Positions 25,726-39,589 of a stretch of 64,000 nt of DNA are shown here, one piece after another. The number at the start of each line of letters is the position of its first letter. Positions within the stretch are counted from its first letter, which is position 1. The stretch is from Octopus vulgaris. Taxonomy: Eukaryota. Under the pieces are notes generated by a model that had not been told where the DNA came from, did no database searches, and saw only the letters and a program-made list of their open reading frames with translations. The translations under genes were made by a program, and so were the position numbers. Location of the stretch: the NCBI GenBank assembly GCA_951406725.2, contig OX597818.1, positions 109,306,001-109,370,000 of the forward strand. Direction: 5' to 3'.

Positions 25726-28700
25726 AATTATTTGATTGCTGCAACTGTATTAATCACTTTAATGTTGCAGTAGTAATGATAATAACAAATCAGTACATGG
25801 CTCATTGCCAACTAACATAACTAATCCACCATAAAACAAACAAGCAGATGGAATTACCAACCATTAAAATTGTTCAAAGACCAGATTTTAAAGCAACCAA
25901 GAACAAAAGATAAAAAAAAAATTAACCAACTTTTCACTTAAATCTCTTCACTTTTGATAAACTGACAAAGAATAAAAACTGTGTGTGTATAATATTACTC
26001 TCTAAATTGCTTGATAACATTAAACGCACACTTTATAATTTGGTTTCAGAATAGTATACACAAAAGCATACATGGTTGAAGAACACACATATACAATGTG
26101 AAACATAATATAAAGACTATTTTAAATCAACGGCAGAGACTATAAGAGATCAATATAAACAACATACATATGCATAAAATGCAAACACACCAACTGAAAA
26201 ATTACAAGTAAAGTTAACGTGGTTATTTTTTTAGATGGAAGAGCAAGTTTTTTGTCACAAAAATACATAATGGGAATCGGGAGATATACTCATTGGTATT
26301 CATATTAGTATATTACTATTACTTACTTTAATGACCCAGAAAGACATCAAACCTGGTGGAACAAATTCAGAACACTGAATTATATACCATAAAAGCAACT
26401 AACCTGGATCACAGTCATTTGCACAAGCTTCTCCACTTTAACGATAATGAAAAATATTTGTAAACATATGCAAATAGGAGCACAATTGAGAGCATTTTAA
26501 CTTCAATAGAATATCCTACTTTATTACCAAATATATACAGTGCCACTTAAAAGTATTAACAGTTTCCGAATAAGGTAAAAGTAATAATAGTGGTTGCCCT
26601 ATAAGTTCAATGACCTGTAAATATGGTAAACAGCAACAAAATTTACAAATATTTGGTGAGGTGTTTATCTTTGTGTTTATAGCATTTCATATTCACTGAG
26701 GAACTGAACTGTCCAGCTAAAAAAATTAATACATTCTGAAAGAAATTAAATGAATGTCGTACAGAGTTAACAACTGCTGGGGAGTCCAATTTCAAAGATC
26801 CTCTTTGATCGAATTCCAGAGTTTTTTTTTCTTTTTTTTGTAACAATATTTACATTGAGAGTGTGAAGAGGTCATGTTATAATAAGAATATCATTTTCCT
26901 ATATGTGTTCATATACAACAAGGAGAGGATATATTATTGCATTCTTATCCTGAAACTTTTGCATTTTATCATGCTCTGATCCTAAATACTATAATTAGTG
27001 ATATGGCTCTATATCATAAAAAATTTCTTAGATGAAGTAGGACAGAATTAGGGTATATATTTTCTACACAAACACAGAAGAACTACCATTAATTGCAACC
27101 TGACTTTCATTAGAAAACACTGTAATTTTTCTATAGTTTTTTCTTTAGACTGTATGCCAGAGCGTTTTTTTTTTTTCTCCTGTTTATGCTGAAAACCACT
27201 ATTTGCTTCTCACTACACCATCTTTAAAAGATTTGTTTCTTTTTTCTTTTAAACATGGGTGGGCATTCTTGAACTATTTTAGGATGTACTTAATGGGATA
27301 TCTATTTTCATTAAATTCATTTATGCCACTAAATGACATTCCTCTATTCCATTTCCACCACATCTAATAAACAAGCTACCAACCCCTGTTGGACAACTGC
27401 CTTGTTTCCTTATTTTCATACTATCCACTGGCAAAAAAAAAAAGGTCTTCTAAACATATCTGATTATAGATTCACGAATGACAATTTGACCATGTTGCAT
27501 TTCCTATTTCAAATAGTACAATCAGTTTTCATTTTACCTAACTCACCAATTCATTTGATTTTCTATACATCCACACTTCACAGTTTCATTACATTTCACG
27601 ATAGCTGAGCAGACAATAACATGCATGCATCTGTATAACATATGGTTTAAGTAAATTATGGAGAAAATTTCAGAAGGAAATTTATAGCGTTTAGGAATTA
27701 TTGCCTTTCCAATGGTCAGAAGAAGAAAATGGAAGACATTGAAAAAAAAGTGAACGCAAAAAGAAAAAAAGGAGAGAATGATAGAAAGAGAATGGAAATG
27801 TGATCAATCAAGTGAATAAGGGAACAAGAGAAAGCATGAAAGAAAGAAAAAGACAAATTGTAAATTAGTGAATAAAAAAGAAATATGTGGTAAATAATAT
27901 TGGTGAGGAAGATGGGAGAGAGAGATTACAATCATTGTAAACACTCACATGAACGCATACACACCAATGACCCTGTGCCCATGAACAGAAAATAATACAG
28001 CAAAGCTTTAAATTAAATCAACAACAGGATATTTAGAGCTGACAGAATTTTTCTCCAATACATGCAGGCCATTTTATCAAATTACCTCAGAGGAAAATGA
28101 TTAGAAAAATAATTAAAAGTAGTTGTTATTGTTGTTAAAGTCATTGCAGCTTGGTTTTATGAAAAGGTGTTTTTTTTTTTTCTTTCTTTTCGTTTCTGTG
28201 TAAGAAATAAAATTGTTTTAAAGATAAAAGCAAACAAAAACTGAATATAAAATGCAGCAAAGACAGTGAAAGAAAGCAATAAGATGGTCCCATATAAAGT
28301 GTGTCTACTAAACAAAAATTGTCAATTTACATTACACTGATCTAATGTTCATCTCACAGCTCATTAAAAACAAACTGAAATGGTCATTAAATGATGAGAA
28401 ATTTACTTTCAGTCATGTTTTCTTTTGCTTTTTAGAAATTAAATCTTCAAGGACAGTTCTTATATAAAATAAAAAAAGAAAAAGTTGGGTAGACTTTCCA
28501 AGAGAGAAATATTTGGAAGACTAACAAACAACGTAAAATTTGTCAAACATATTTTTCCATGTACAAGAATGTGACAGTTTCCATATATTTGCTCTAATTT
28601 TACTTGCATGTCAATTAGTTAAAGAAAACTGCTACAAACATATGATTTTAGTTCATTTCAACGCAAATGTCACACCATACCAGAAGCTTTCTTTTTATTG

Positions 28701-29446
28701 TACAGTTGAACTGCATTGACTACCTACATATTACATTGGTTTTTATCTGTACTTCTGAATATTACATAATGCAGTAATAACTAAAACAGTTGACTCCAAG
28801 CTGATGTTTCATCATGAAGAACCTCCATCAACAATCGGGATAGTAAATGATCTGGGTTGGAAATTGAAATGAATGCTATTATTGCCTGCCCAAATGAAGC
28901 ATACAAACTAGTGGTATTTTCTTTTTCAATTCTAAACGGTGATTAAATGGCATCAGTTTCAGTTGGGTGATTATGTTATGCAAATGGTGGATCTTTGTTT
29001 GCCAAGACAACCATTTTACTGACAGCTGAATGAAGGATAGCACACAAAGCAAAGGAAAGCAGTTCAAAAACATACTTAAAGGAAATTTGAAAACCCAATG
29101 TAAGATCAATGTGTATGTATGAGTGGAAATTACATGTAAATAACTGATACAAGTGCAGATAGATCGTTTATAATAGAGCCTTATACTTCAAACACAGCAT
29201 GAACCGAACATCCCAATGATAAACACAAGTGGAGAAAATAGCACAAAGTAACCAAAACGCCATCACTTCTTTCACAGGTCCAATCCACAACCAGACTTGT
29301 GGATCACATATTAGACTAGCCACATGTAAATCCATAAAACTTAAATCTTGAAGACAATTATCCTTGACCCTAAGGGATTGTCACAACAAGCAATGAAAGG
29401 AAGTAAATGACCACAACAACCATATCAGAATGGTAGACTTGGTTTA

Positions 29447-29678
29447 AGGCGGCGAGCTGGCAGAAATGTTAGCACGCCGGGTGAAATGCGTAGCCGTATT
29501 TCGTCTGCCGCTACATTCTGAGTTCAAATTCCGCCGAGGTCGACTTTGCCTTTAATCCTTTCGGGGTCGATGAATTAAGTACCGTTTACACACTGGGGTC
29601 GATATAATCGACTTAATCCGTTTGTCTGTCCTTGTTTGTCCCCTCTGTGTTTAGCCCCTTGTGGGTAGTAAAGAAATA
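29447..29678 (+). mobile_element. SINE family B, near-consensus, with 15-bp TSD
   Basis: GGTAGACTTGGTTTA at 29432-29446 and 29679-29693. Confidence 0.93.
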
Positions 29679-30092
29679 GGTAGACTTGGTTTACCGACAT
29701 TTTACCATTTCATTCATATACCCAACAGATACATCAACTCAAGCTTAAAAAGCTTTCCCATACTTACAGATTAACATGAACCACAGTTAGTTCAATCAGT
29801 AACATACAGTCACCACTTTATTTCTATAAATTACTACATACAAACTATCAACAATTCTTTGTATTCATTCATTTTCATAGACTGAGCCATTTGCTTAAGG
29901 ATCACCAATATTTTAGCTTTGTTACTGGAAAATGATTAAATTTAATTACCAATATCAACATTTTTAATTCTGGTTTACTAGCATCAAGAACAACACTGGA
30001 ACCCAGTTCAAACATACACATCACAACAACTTGTACATCATTATGGCTAACCTCCATTACAATTGTAGTGATTCATGAAAAACTTGCAATTA

Positions 30093-30239
30093 GGCGCAGG
30101 CATGGCTCTGTGGTAAGAAGCCTGCTTCCCAACCACATAGTTTTGGGTTCAGTCCCATTGCGTGACACCTTCTACTATAGCCTCAGGCCAACCAAAGCCT
30201 TGTGAGTGGATTTGGTAGACAAAAACTGAAAGAAGCATG

Positions 30240-30282
<43 letters not shown>

Positions 30283-30484
30283 TGTCTGTCTGTCTGTCTG
30301 TCACCCCACCATCACTTGACAGCCAATGTTAGTGTGTTTACGTCCCCAAAACTTAATGGTTCGGCAAGAGACCAATAGAATAAGTACTAGGCTTACAAAG
30401 AATAAGTCCCGAGGTTGATTTCTTTGACTAAAGACAATGCTCCAGCTTGGGCACAGTCAAATGACTGAAACAAGTAAAAGAATA
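30093..30484 (+). mobile_element. SINE family A, near full length
   Basis: Head, internal (TG)n and tail GACTGAAACAAGTAAAAG. Confidence 0.9.
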
Positions 30485-31647
30485 CTATCATTCAGTAATA
30501 AGAACTCACCATCATCCTTTAACATCCGTTTTCCATACTGGCATGGGTTGGACGGTTTGACAGGAGCTGGCCAGACTCCAACTGTCTCATGAAAGAAATA
30601 AGTTGCAATGATGTCAGGCTTACGAGTTAGCCTTCTCTATAACTCAGTAAAAAGCTTATACTCGTAGAGCATAAGTTATTAGGTGACTTCAAGAAACCAA
30701 GTGAAAAGAAATGACAATTAGTCCACAGACGACATAATCTATTTCTAGCATTAGATGTAAGGCAGACCTAGCAACAAGTTTAACACACAAAATTCCACAA
30801 AACATCAAAACGTAAGTTAATATATTAAGAAGAGTAATTGATGGAATCCAAAGCTAATATAATTCCATTGTTACTGTTTTGAAATCAATCGAATTATTAG
30901 TGCTTGTCATCATAAATAATAAAGTTAGATCTCTCCTACATTTTTAGCTTACATTAAATGGACAAACACTAAATATATTATAGATAATAACTAGATATTA
31001 AAGATAATAAAGTACTAGTGTGTGTGTGTGTGTGTGTATGCACATTGATGTGCACATATCGTGTCAAAGACCAGCTGAGACAACAGCTCTTGCTTACCAA
31101 CATAAATCAAAAGAGTTACAAACTGCAAGCATCAAAGGTCACCCGGTGACCCACACCCCTTAGAATGTCTGGTGAACTTCTGAGTTGATTAGAAGCTGTG
31201 CAGTGCAGTACCACTGGGGTGTTTGGTGAATAGATAAATGAATGGGATGGGTTATGTGTATGCATATATTATACAGAGCACATTTATACATCTTATATAT
31301 TGAATATAATTCCTCTCAAACAAATAAATGTATACTGTAAATATTTTAATATTTACTCCTTGTTTAGTAAAGTCCAAATTACTTCAAGTTCATTATCTGT
31401 TTTAGAAACACATCTTCAAAAGGATACATTCAAATGCTCAAGGTCAATGGAGGCCCTGAATGAAGGACAAGGTTTTCAGGATGTAGTGATTGAATTCTTC
31501 TTAAGTCATAATAGCCATGTTGGCAATGAAGATAACTGTCTTAATTATGAGAACATGTCAGTCTAAGAAATTTCATAACTGTTTCAACAGAATTCTTCAA
31601 AATACCCTTATACTTTATCAAGAATCAATTCTTAGTTACATACTTAA

Positions 31648-32250
31648 CATCATTTAATGTCTGTTTTCCATGCTGGCAAAGGTTGGAGAGTTTGGAAGGA
31701 ACTGGCATGCCCGAGAGCTGCACAAGGTTCCAGTTTTCCGTTTTACTAAGGTTTCTATGGTTGAATGACCTTCCTAACACCAACAACTTTACAGAGTTTA
31801 CTGACTGGCCCCATGCTGATGGCACATAAAAAGCACCATTCATGCATGGTCATTGCCAATGTCGCCTGACCGACTCCCATGCCAGTGGCACATAAAAAGC
31901 ACCATTCGAATGTGGTCAATACCTGTGCCGGTTGACTGGTCTCGTGCTGGTGGCACATAAAAAGCATCATTCAAGCATGTTTGTTGCCAGTGCTGCCTGA
32001 CTGGCAACCATGCTGGTGGCACGTAAAAAGCACCATTCAAGCCTGACTAGCCTTCATGCCAGTGGCACATAAAAAGCACCCACTACACTCTCGGAGTATC
32101 TGGCATTAGGAAAGGCGTCCAGCAGTAGAAACATTGCCAGATCGGATTGGAGCCTGGTGCAGCCTCCTGGCTTGCCAGCTCTCAGTCAAACCGTGCAACC
32201 CATGCCAGCATGGAAAGCGGATATTAATTGAAGATGATGATTATGATGAT
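31648..32250. mobile_element. Head-to-head family C pair with a five-unit ~65-bp tandem array between the bodies
   Basis: Minus copy 31648-31800; five TGGCACRTAAAAAGCA units at 31803-32080; plus body to a (GAT)n tail. Confidence 0.85.
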
Positions 32251-32251
32251 C

Positions 32252-32550
32252 ATGGGTACTTCCACCCTATCATAGTAAAGTAAGGAGCTGCATTGATGAG
32301 ATTTTACCAAAACAGATGGATTAAACAAAGATGATCAGTAGAATACCCTCTGCATTCACTTGACTTCACCCCACTAGACATTTTCTGAGGAGATACCTAC
32401 ATGATAAAAGTTGACAGTACAAAACTGGCAACAGTTAATGAATTGAGGGCAGCCACTGAGCAAGATTGCATGCAAATACTGAACAAAGTGTTTCTCGGTG
32501 TCTGAGACTCCACTACTTAGCTCTATCGGCAGTGCCTGGACCAGGAATAC
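32252..32550 (+). mobile_element. Tc1/mariner-superfamily transposase C-terminal remnant
   Basis: DEILP.RWI....SVEYPLHSLDFTPLDIF*G...KVDSTKLATVNELRAATEQDCMQI...RQCLDQ resembles P.SPDL.PLDF.LWG..K.KVY..KP.T..EL. Confidence 0.75.
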
Positions 32551-34942
32551 ATTGGTATTCATACAAAGATTTAATTTTGTCTGTAGATTCTACTAAATTG
32601 TGAAAATGAAATGTATTTTAATTAACCCTAACTTTATAATCATTTAATGTGTGTATGCATTTTATGGGTAATGGACATTCTGTATCAAACCTCATTGTTT
32701 TACACCTGCTTTCCACACTGCCACAAGTTGAACAGTTCACAACAGTTGGGATCAGTACATATTCAAAGATACTGTTCACCTAGAAAGCCTCAACAGAATC
32801 TGAAAAAGAGTCAACCCTAGCACATGACTGGTACTTTATTTAGAGATTCCAAAAGGACAAAAGCAAAGATGATGAAGGATGAAAACAACTCACTCATGCT
32901 TCATTTTTGGCTTAGCTCCTATGGCTGGATGCCTTTCACAACACCAAAATGTTCAGAGAGTGTACTGAAGGTGTTTTTTTATAGAGCACCAGCAGCACTA
33001 GAGAGATTGTCAGATCCTCAACAAAACAAAAGAATCCATGTCTCTGCTCATATGCCAAATGCTAACAGAGCATTCCGGAAGGATTTATGGTGTCATGAAT
33101 AACAGTGAGGCTCCATGTACCCCTGAGAGTCCCTGCCACTCTGCAAAAGTGCTACTTAGGGCAGCAAGGCTTAGAAGAAAGCAACAGATTGATGATAAAA
33201 TCAAAAGTAAAAGAATGAGAAAGAGAGTGATGGCTAGTGGTAGGAGTAGAAGAGTGTCAATAGCAGATAAGAGACGAAAAGGGAATAATGGTAAAAATAC
33301 CTCAGGATTGGCAAAAAAAGCGAGAGTAATTTAAGTGAAAGCGAGGTATGAGAAGTAGAGGCATGAATGGTAGAAATGAGTGATAAGAGGGACAGATGAA
33401 AGAGAAATGAATTACAGGAGTACTCAATATACACACCTTCAAGGTATGACAAAGAGGATGAGTGAGGAGATAGTATGACCAAGGAGATAGAATAACGAGA
33501 AACCAAGAAGTGTGGGTGAAAGAACAAGACTACGGTGACAGTGGAAGGGGTAATGACTGGCAGTAAAGAAGGGGTGGCTGAAGACAGAGTGTACGCTGTG
33601 TGTGTGTGTGTGTGTGTGTGCACATGCACACATGTATAATGTCCCTTCATTAGCTTCAAGTTAGAAACCAAATGCATTTATGTAAAACAAATGATTTTAG
33701 TTCATATAACAAACGCCTGTGCCACCATAGATTCTATGCTGTGAGTTTGATGACCATCTTAGTGAACTACATAAAGCTGAGAAGATATCTCCAAATGAGC
33801 AAAAATCAAATCAAATACTTAAATGGATGAAACTCTATTATAATTACATAACATATAAATAATTATCTGCTAAAGGCCACAATTTGAAATGCAGCTTATA
33901 CAAAGACTGAAATGCCAATTCAGAATACACATTATGACAATTGATCAAGTATGTGACATTTCATAATCTAAAGTACCATCTATCAATACATGAGTGTCTG
34001 CTGAGATGTCAAATTCTGGCTAAATAGTTGTTATTAGAGAGTAACTAATACAGCTTAGGGACTTCTCAATCAATTAACCATAATAACGCACTTATACAAA
34101 CTAACAAAATAATTGCTGCTTCTTAGATGCCAGTTGCAAAGTACACTCAACAGCAAAATGAGGCTGTAAATACATACAGGGAGTGAAATACAAAAATTCA
34201 GATGCATAAGATACATAAAAGCGAGGGGACTTTGGGGAAATGGTAAGTTCTCAGCAAATCCGATCTGAGACATTGTTTTGAGTTACAACTGGAACTGGCT
34301 CACATATTTCAAGTAATACTTTTGGAAAAGGGGAATCCCTAAAATTACCTGCTTTCTTTTATAAATTCACAGATTTATGTTCATGCAAAAAAAAAAAAAA
34401 AAGTCCTGTAACATCACAAAAAGAGAGAAGGGGGAGAGGCAGATATGGCGGGCAGACATATATACACAGAAACAAGCAAGTTCATTCTAAGTACACCTGT
34501 GAAAAGAGAAGTGCCAAAAAATTTACTATTCTGATAAGAACCATTCCATGTTGCTTAATTATTAACTGGACTGGCAGTAAAGTGGTAGAAATGGTGAAGA
34601 ATCAGACAAAACACTGTATGGTATTTAAATTTTTATCTAGATTCTGAGACTAAAGTCAACCTATGATTTCCCTTTAGCTATATTTGATTTTAAAAATGGT
34701 GTACAAGAGCTAGGCTATGGTACCAGCTCTATACAAGGGAGCTTTTAGGTGGCTGCTCGACCAGATAGAAATCAACAGCCACATATCTCTCAAATCACAC
34801 CTTACCATCTTGTAGTCACAGTGTCAGAAAAGAAAAAAGATACAATGATCATAGCTAGAATGTCATTGATCAGAGCTGATATTAAGCTAAACAAAAACAA
34901 CAGCCATAAATGCTGGAGTGTTTACGACTTTACTAAAAGACA

Positions 34943-35310
34943 TTCTTTCACTTGTTTCAATTAGATTGCAGCTGTAGAATTTCAGTCGAGTGAATGAACC
35001 CCAGTACCTTTCCTTTTTAAGCCTGATACTTATTTTATCAGTCTCTTTTACTGAACCACTAAGTTACAGGGACATAAATACATACACACCAGTTGTCAAG
35101 GAGTGGTGGGAGACACATGCACGCACACACACATAAATATATACACGTGTATGATGAGCTTCTTCCTTCAGTTTCCGCCTAACATTTACACTCACAAGAA
35201 TTTGGCAAGCCCAAGGCTACAGAAGAAGACACTTGCCCAAGGTTCCATGCAGTGGTACTAGACCCAAAACCACATGGTTGGGAAGCAAACTTCTTAACCA
35301 TACAGCCACA
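34943..35310 (-). mobile_element. SINE family A, diverged
   Basis: Reverse complement of family A. Confidence 0.8.
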
Positions 35311-35425
35311 AAAAGAAACAGTTATTTAAAAAGGTAAATCATGCTATTCTTAGAGCCAGTTTTTCAGTTTTCTATCAATTCTTGTCTATTACACACACAC
35401 TTTTTCTTTCCATACATTTTTTGAC

Positions 35426-35467
<42 letters not shown>

Positions 35468-37345
35468 ACACGAAGATATATATATATACATATACATATA
35501 CATACACATGCATGCATCCATGTATAAACACACACACACACATAAAAGAGAGACATGTGGGGGTGGGTGAAGATATTAAAAGTACGAGTTCAATTTTTTT
35601 TTTACATGCATTCTGAATAAAAAGAAAAGACTAAAAAATGTATGAAGATCATTTAAAATTACACCCAACAATCTAAATAACAGAAAATAAAAATAAAAAA
35701 AACAAAAACAAATGCAGAACAGGCGACTACAGATGAAGACAGAGTATGCAAAATCATAATAAAAGATTTAGCTTAGAAAATTATTTATTTTCATGAGTGT
35801 CTGTTTTGTTCATTCAGAAAACATTTTTTGTCTTTGTCGTTGCATTTTGTCAGTAGTGAAGTGCCAAAACAGTATCTTGTACACAGAAATATGCAAACAT
35901 AAATGGTATTTCAAGAGAGGAGAGATCATGTATTAACAGGATTGATTTTAATCCTTCTTTCTCTTATTTTTTTCTTATTTTGATTTCTGTTGTATGATAT
36001 AGGGTGCATGCAGACACAAATATGCACATAGTAACTAATGAGTATGCACAAATGCACATACAGAGTCAGGCACCATGATTCCAAGGTTAAGGGCTGCCAG
36101 TCTTTTGGCCTTAAAATAATGAATTCAAACCTTGCTGTCACTTTGGTACTCCCCTACACACTTCCAAGTTGAATGGATGGGCAAGCACCAAACTGTAAAA
36201 TCACTTCTTCAATCCCAAAACAACAAGACAGTCATAGTTGAAGTATGTTTAATGATAGGTTCCAAAATATAATAAAGCAAACATTCTTGTTAATTAACAT
36301 TAATAAATCCAGACTGGATAACATTCCATTCAAGATTACACTCAGCACTGATTATAATATATACCATGAGATGAAAATAATACCCTTTTCTCATCTGAAT
36401 GTGTCATGTATGTTTAAGGTAGCAAGCGGCTAGAATTGTTAGAATGCCAGAGAGAATGCTTAGCAGCATTTCATCCATCTTTATGTTCTGAGTTCAAATT
36501 CTGCTGAGGTCAAATTTGCTTTTCATCCTTTCAGGGTGGATAAAATATGTACCAGCTGAGTACTTGGGTCAATATAATTGACTTACCCTCTCCCAAAATT
36601 GCTGGCATTGCACCAACATTTGAAAGCAATATATCATGTATTTTTACTCTTTTACTTCATAGGTGTTGTGCATATTTCTTCATGGTGACAGAAATGTATA
36701 CTATTTGCAAATGTTATACACCCTATTTGCCAAAACTTTCAAATTATTATAAATTGTATATAAAAGTTTCTTTGGATAATTTAGACATCAGTGATTCAAC
36801 ATATTTTCATGAGGGGCAAGAAGCTCTCAAGAGAAGAAAAGAAACCCCCTTCAGGCAAGTGTTTCAACCCTTAACTTCTTACACTCTAAGGGGGCCAGGC
36901 CACATTCAAATCATGATTCCAAAGAGCCCATCTGTTGACACTTTTTAGCCATTTGGAGCCTTGTGCATTTAAACTGCTAGATTTCATTTAGATGTAACTC
37001 CTCTCTATTGACTCAGCATCCAAACTTATATTTAAAGAAATAATGTTTTAAATTATGATAAATTGTATATAAAGGTTTCTTAGGATAAGTTAGACAGCAG
37101 CATATTTAAATGTGTTGATTGATAGCAAAAACATTTAATAATTTTGAAAGCTATATCTTAAAGTGACTCAACATATTTTCATTAATTTTTATTGCTCTTC
37201 ATTTTAATAAAAAGAAATGTTTACATCAATTAATCATTCTATATAACATGCATTGTATAGTTCTGCTACTTCTGTGTTGTTGAAAAATATGTTCCAAAAT
37301 ACATTGCCCATTCTAATATTACATATATCATTATGAGTGGACAAT

Positions 37346-37740
37346 AAGGCGGTGAGCTGGCAGAAACATTAGCACGTCAGGTAAAATGCGTAGCCGTATT
37401 TCGTCTGCCGCTACGTTCTGAGTTCAAATTCCGCCGAGGTCAACTTTGCCTTTCATCCTTTCAGGATCAATTAAATAAGTACCATTTACGCACTAGGGTC
37501 GATAATCAACTTAATCTGTTTGTCTGTCCTTGTTTGTCCCCTCTGTGTGTAGCCCCTTGTGGGCAGTAAAGAAATAGGTATTTCATCTGTCTTTACATTC
37601 TGGGTTCAAATTCCACCAAGGTCGACTTGGCTTTCATCCTTTCGGGGTCGATAAATTAAGTACCAGTTGCATACTGGGGTCGACCTAATCAACTGGCCCC
37701 CTTCCCAAAAATTTCAGGCCTTGTACCTGGAGTACAAAAG
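37346..37740 (+). mobile_element. Dimeric family B SINE with one outer TSD
   Basis: A full monomer followed by a headless second unit with an alternative tail; flanked by ATTATGAGTGGA(C/T)AAT at 37330 and 37741. Confidence 0.88.
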
Positions 37741-37849
37741 ATTATGAGTGGATAATATTTAGGGCTGGGTTAGCCTCACTACCCACAAGTAGTAAGTAAC
37801 TTACCCAAGGGAAATTTGCCTAATGCAAAAACTGGTGCACCATCAGTTA

Positions 37850-38160
37850 TGACAATGAGGGTACCAGTTGATCCAATCAATGGAACAGCCTGCTCATGAA
37901 AGTAAAAGGCAAATGACTGAATACTCCACAGACATGCATACCCTTGATATACTTCTCAGAGAGATGCAGTGTGACATAAAATGTGACAAGGCCAGCCCCT
38001 TTTGAATTACAAGTACTATTCATTTTTTGTCAGCTGTGTGGACTGAAGCAATGTGAAACAAAGTGTCTTGCTCTGCTCAAGGACACAACACACTGCTGGG
38101 AATTGAACACATGACCTTACAATTACGAGATGATTATCCTAACCACTAAGCTATGCACCA
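37850..38160 (-). mobile_element. tRNA-derived SINE (family E)
   Basis: Minus strand GGTGCATAGCTTAGTGGTTAGG...GTTCAATTCCC...GTGTCCTTGAGCA..GCAAGACACTT. Confidence 0.7.
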
Positions 38161-38178
38161 TCACTAGTACAAATTCTT

Positions 38179-38423
38179 GTGAAAAGTAAGAGAGTCCAGT
38201 TTGCTGGACATTGTTGTAGAGCTGAAAAAGCAGTAATTTCTACTCTTCTCCTCTGGAAGCCATCTACTCGCAATACCAGAGGGCACGCACTCTCCTACCT
38301 TGATGTAATCTCCAGGGATACAGGCATCCAGCAACAGGACCTCCGTAATGCCATGATGGACCGTGAAGTCTGGCGTAGCATGGTAAATTCCATTGTCTCG
38401 ACCACGGTCGAACAATGATGATG
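38179..38423 (+). mobile_element. 5'-truncated RTE-like LINE 3' end with 10-bp TSD
   Basis: Open frame VKSKRVQFAGHCCRAE...LLLWKP...RGHALSYLDVISRDTG...LRNAMMDREVWRSMV, then a (TGA)n tail. ACAAATTCTT at 38169-38178 and 38424-38433. Confidence 0.85.
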
Positions 38424-38799
38424 ACAAATTCTTATAAGTCAGAATTGGACACGTGACTGTTGACTCTTCACCCAACCACATCAACCAACAGATTTCATGG
38501 AGATTCCAAACATTAGCTGCATAATTGTGCTTTTATTTATTTAATTTACTTGCAGAGTCAGAGGCAACATATTTTACAAAAAAAAAAATAATACTTGTCT
38601 AGATCGTAAACATCTAGCGTGTTACTAAGTTGAGAAGACAGATTTAATGGTAAGACGGTTTGACATCTATTTTTAGCATACAAGTGATTCATATAGTGGG
38701 CTCTCATATTGTTTATGCAGAAATGAAATTCATGGTCTTTGGACGTTTTTAAGTATGCTGACCACTAGTTGAAATTGATATTATTTAATAATATTAATT

Positions 38800-39050
38800 T
38801 CTCGGTGGCATGTGTAAAAGATTCGAGCGAGGTCATTGCCAGGACTGCCTAACTGGCTCTGTGTCGGTAGCACATAAAAAGCACCCACTACACTCTCTGA
38901 GTGGTTGGCGTTAGGAAGGGTATCCAGCTGTAGAAACTCTGCCAGATCAAGATTGAAGTCTGGTGCAGCCATCTGGTTTGCCAGTCCTCAGTCAAATCGT
39001 CTTACCCATGCTAGCATGGAAAGCAGACGTTAAACGATGATGATGATGAT
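38800..39050 (+). mobile_element. Family C retro-repeat
   Basis: Conserved body and (GAT)n tail. Confidence 0.85.
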
Positions 39051-39589
39051 TATATAAAATTACCTAATTAAATATGAATCATTCTTATTTTCCAGTTGAT
39101 TCCCAAATGTCAACTGCTACAGCAGCATTAATTGTGACCTCAACTATCAGCTACTCCAGCCCAGCAAGAGTAGATACTCTCAGATATTGTTAACCACAAA
39201 GCCTCAAGCTGTACTTGACACTTCTTGTCAGTAGGTGGTGGAGTTATCACTTAAGTGTAAATGCCATTTTTGTGCATTCGGCCCAGAACTTCTTACTACC
39301 TCCATTCCAACAGCTCTATAATCTCGTAGCTGACAGGAAGAGAAAAGTTTACATCACGTGTATATACATCTTATTGTGACATAAGTAATAATGAGCTTTC
39401 CTTGTGCCTCGCAAGACTAAAGGCTCTGCACTACACTGTGACAACACCGTTTACTTAAGGTAAATGGGGGCGAGAATAATGAACAGAAGAACTACACACA
39501 CACACACACAAGTATACGTAATTTACCAGCTGCATCTGGAGGAAGAGACAGTAACAGTAACCATGACGTTTACAGGTTCTGCTAGACTA

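Noticed and set aside
26528-26614. Open phase-0 AG/GT segment VIELIGQPLLLLLPYSETVNTFKWHCIYL on the minus strand
   Set aside because: Ends in IYL like the expected Greatwall exon but has no other similarity and is too short.
31803-32080. CRISPR-like look of repeated TGGCACRTAAAAAGCACC with intervening sequence
   Set aside because: The intervening segments are homologous to each other, there are no cas genes, and the context is a eukaryotic retro-repeat.
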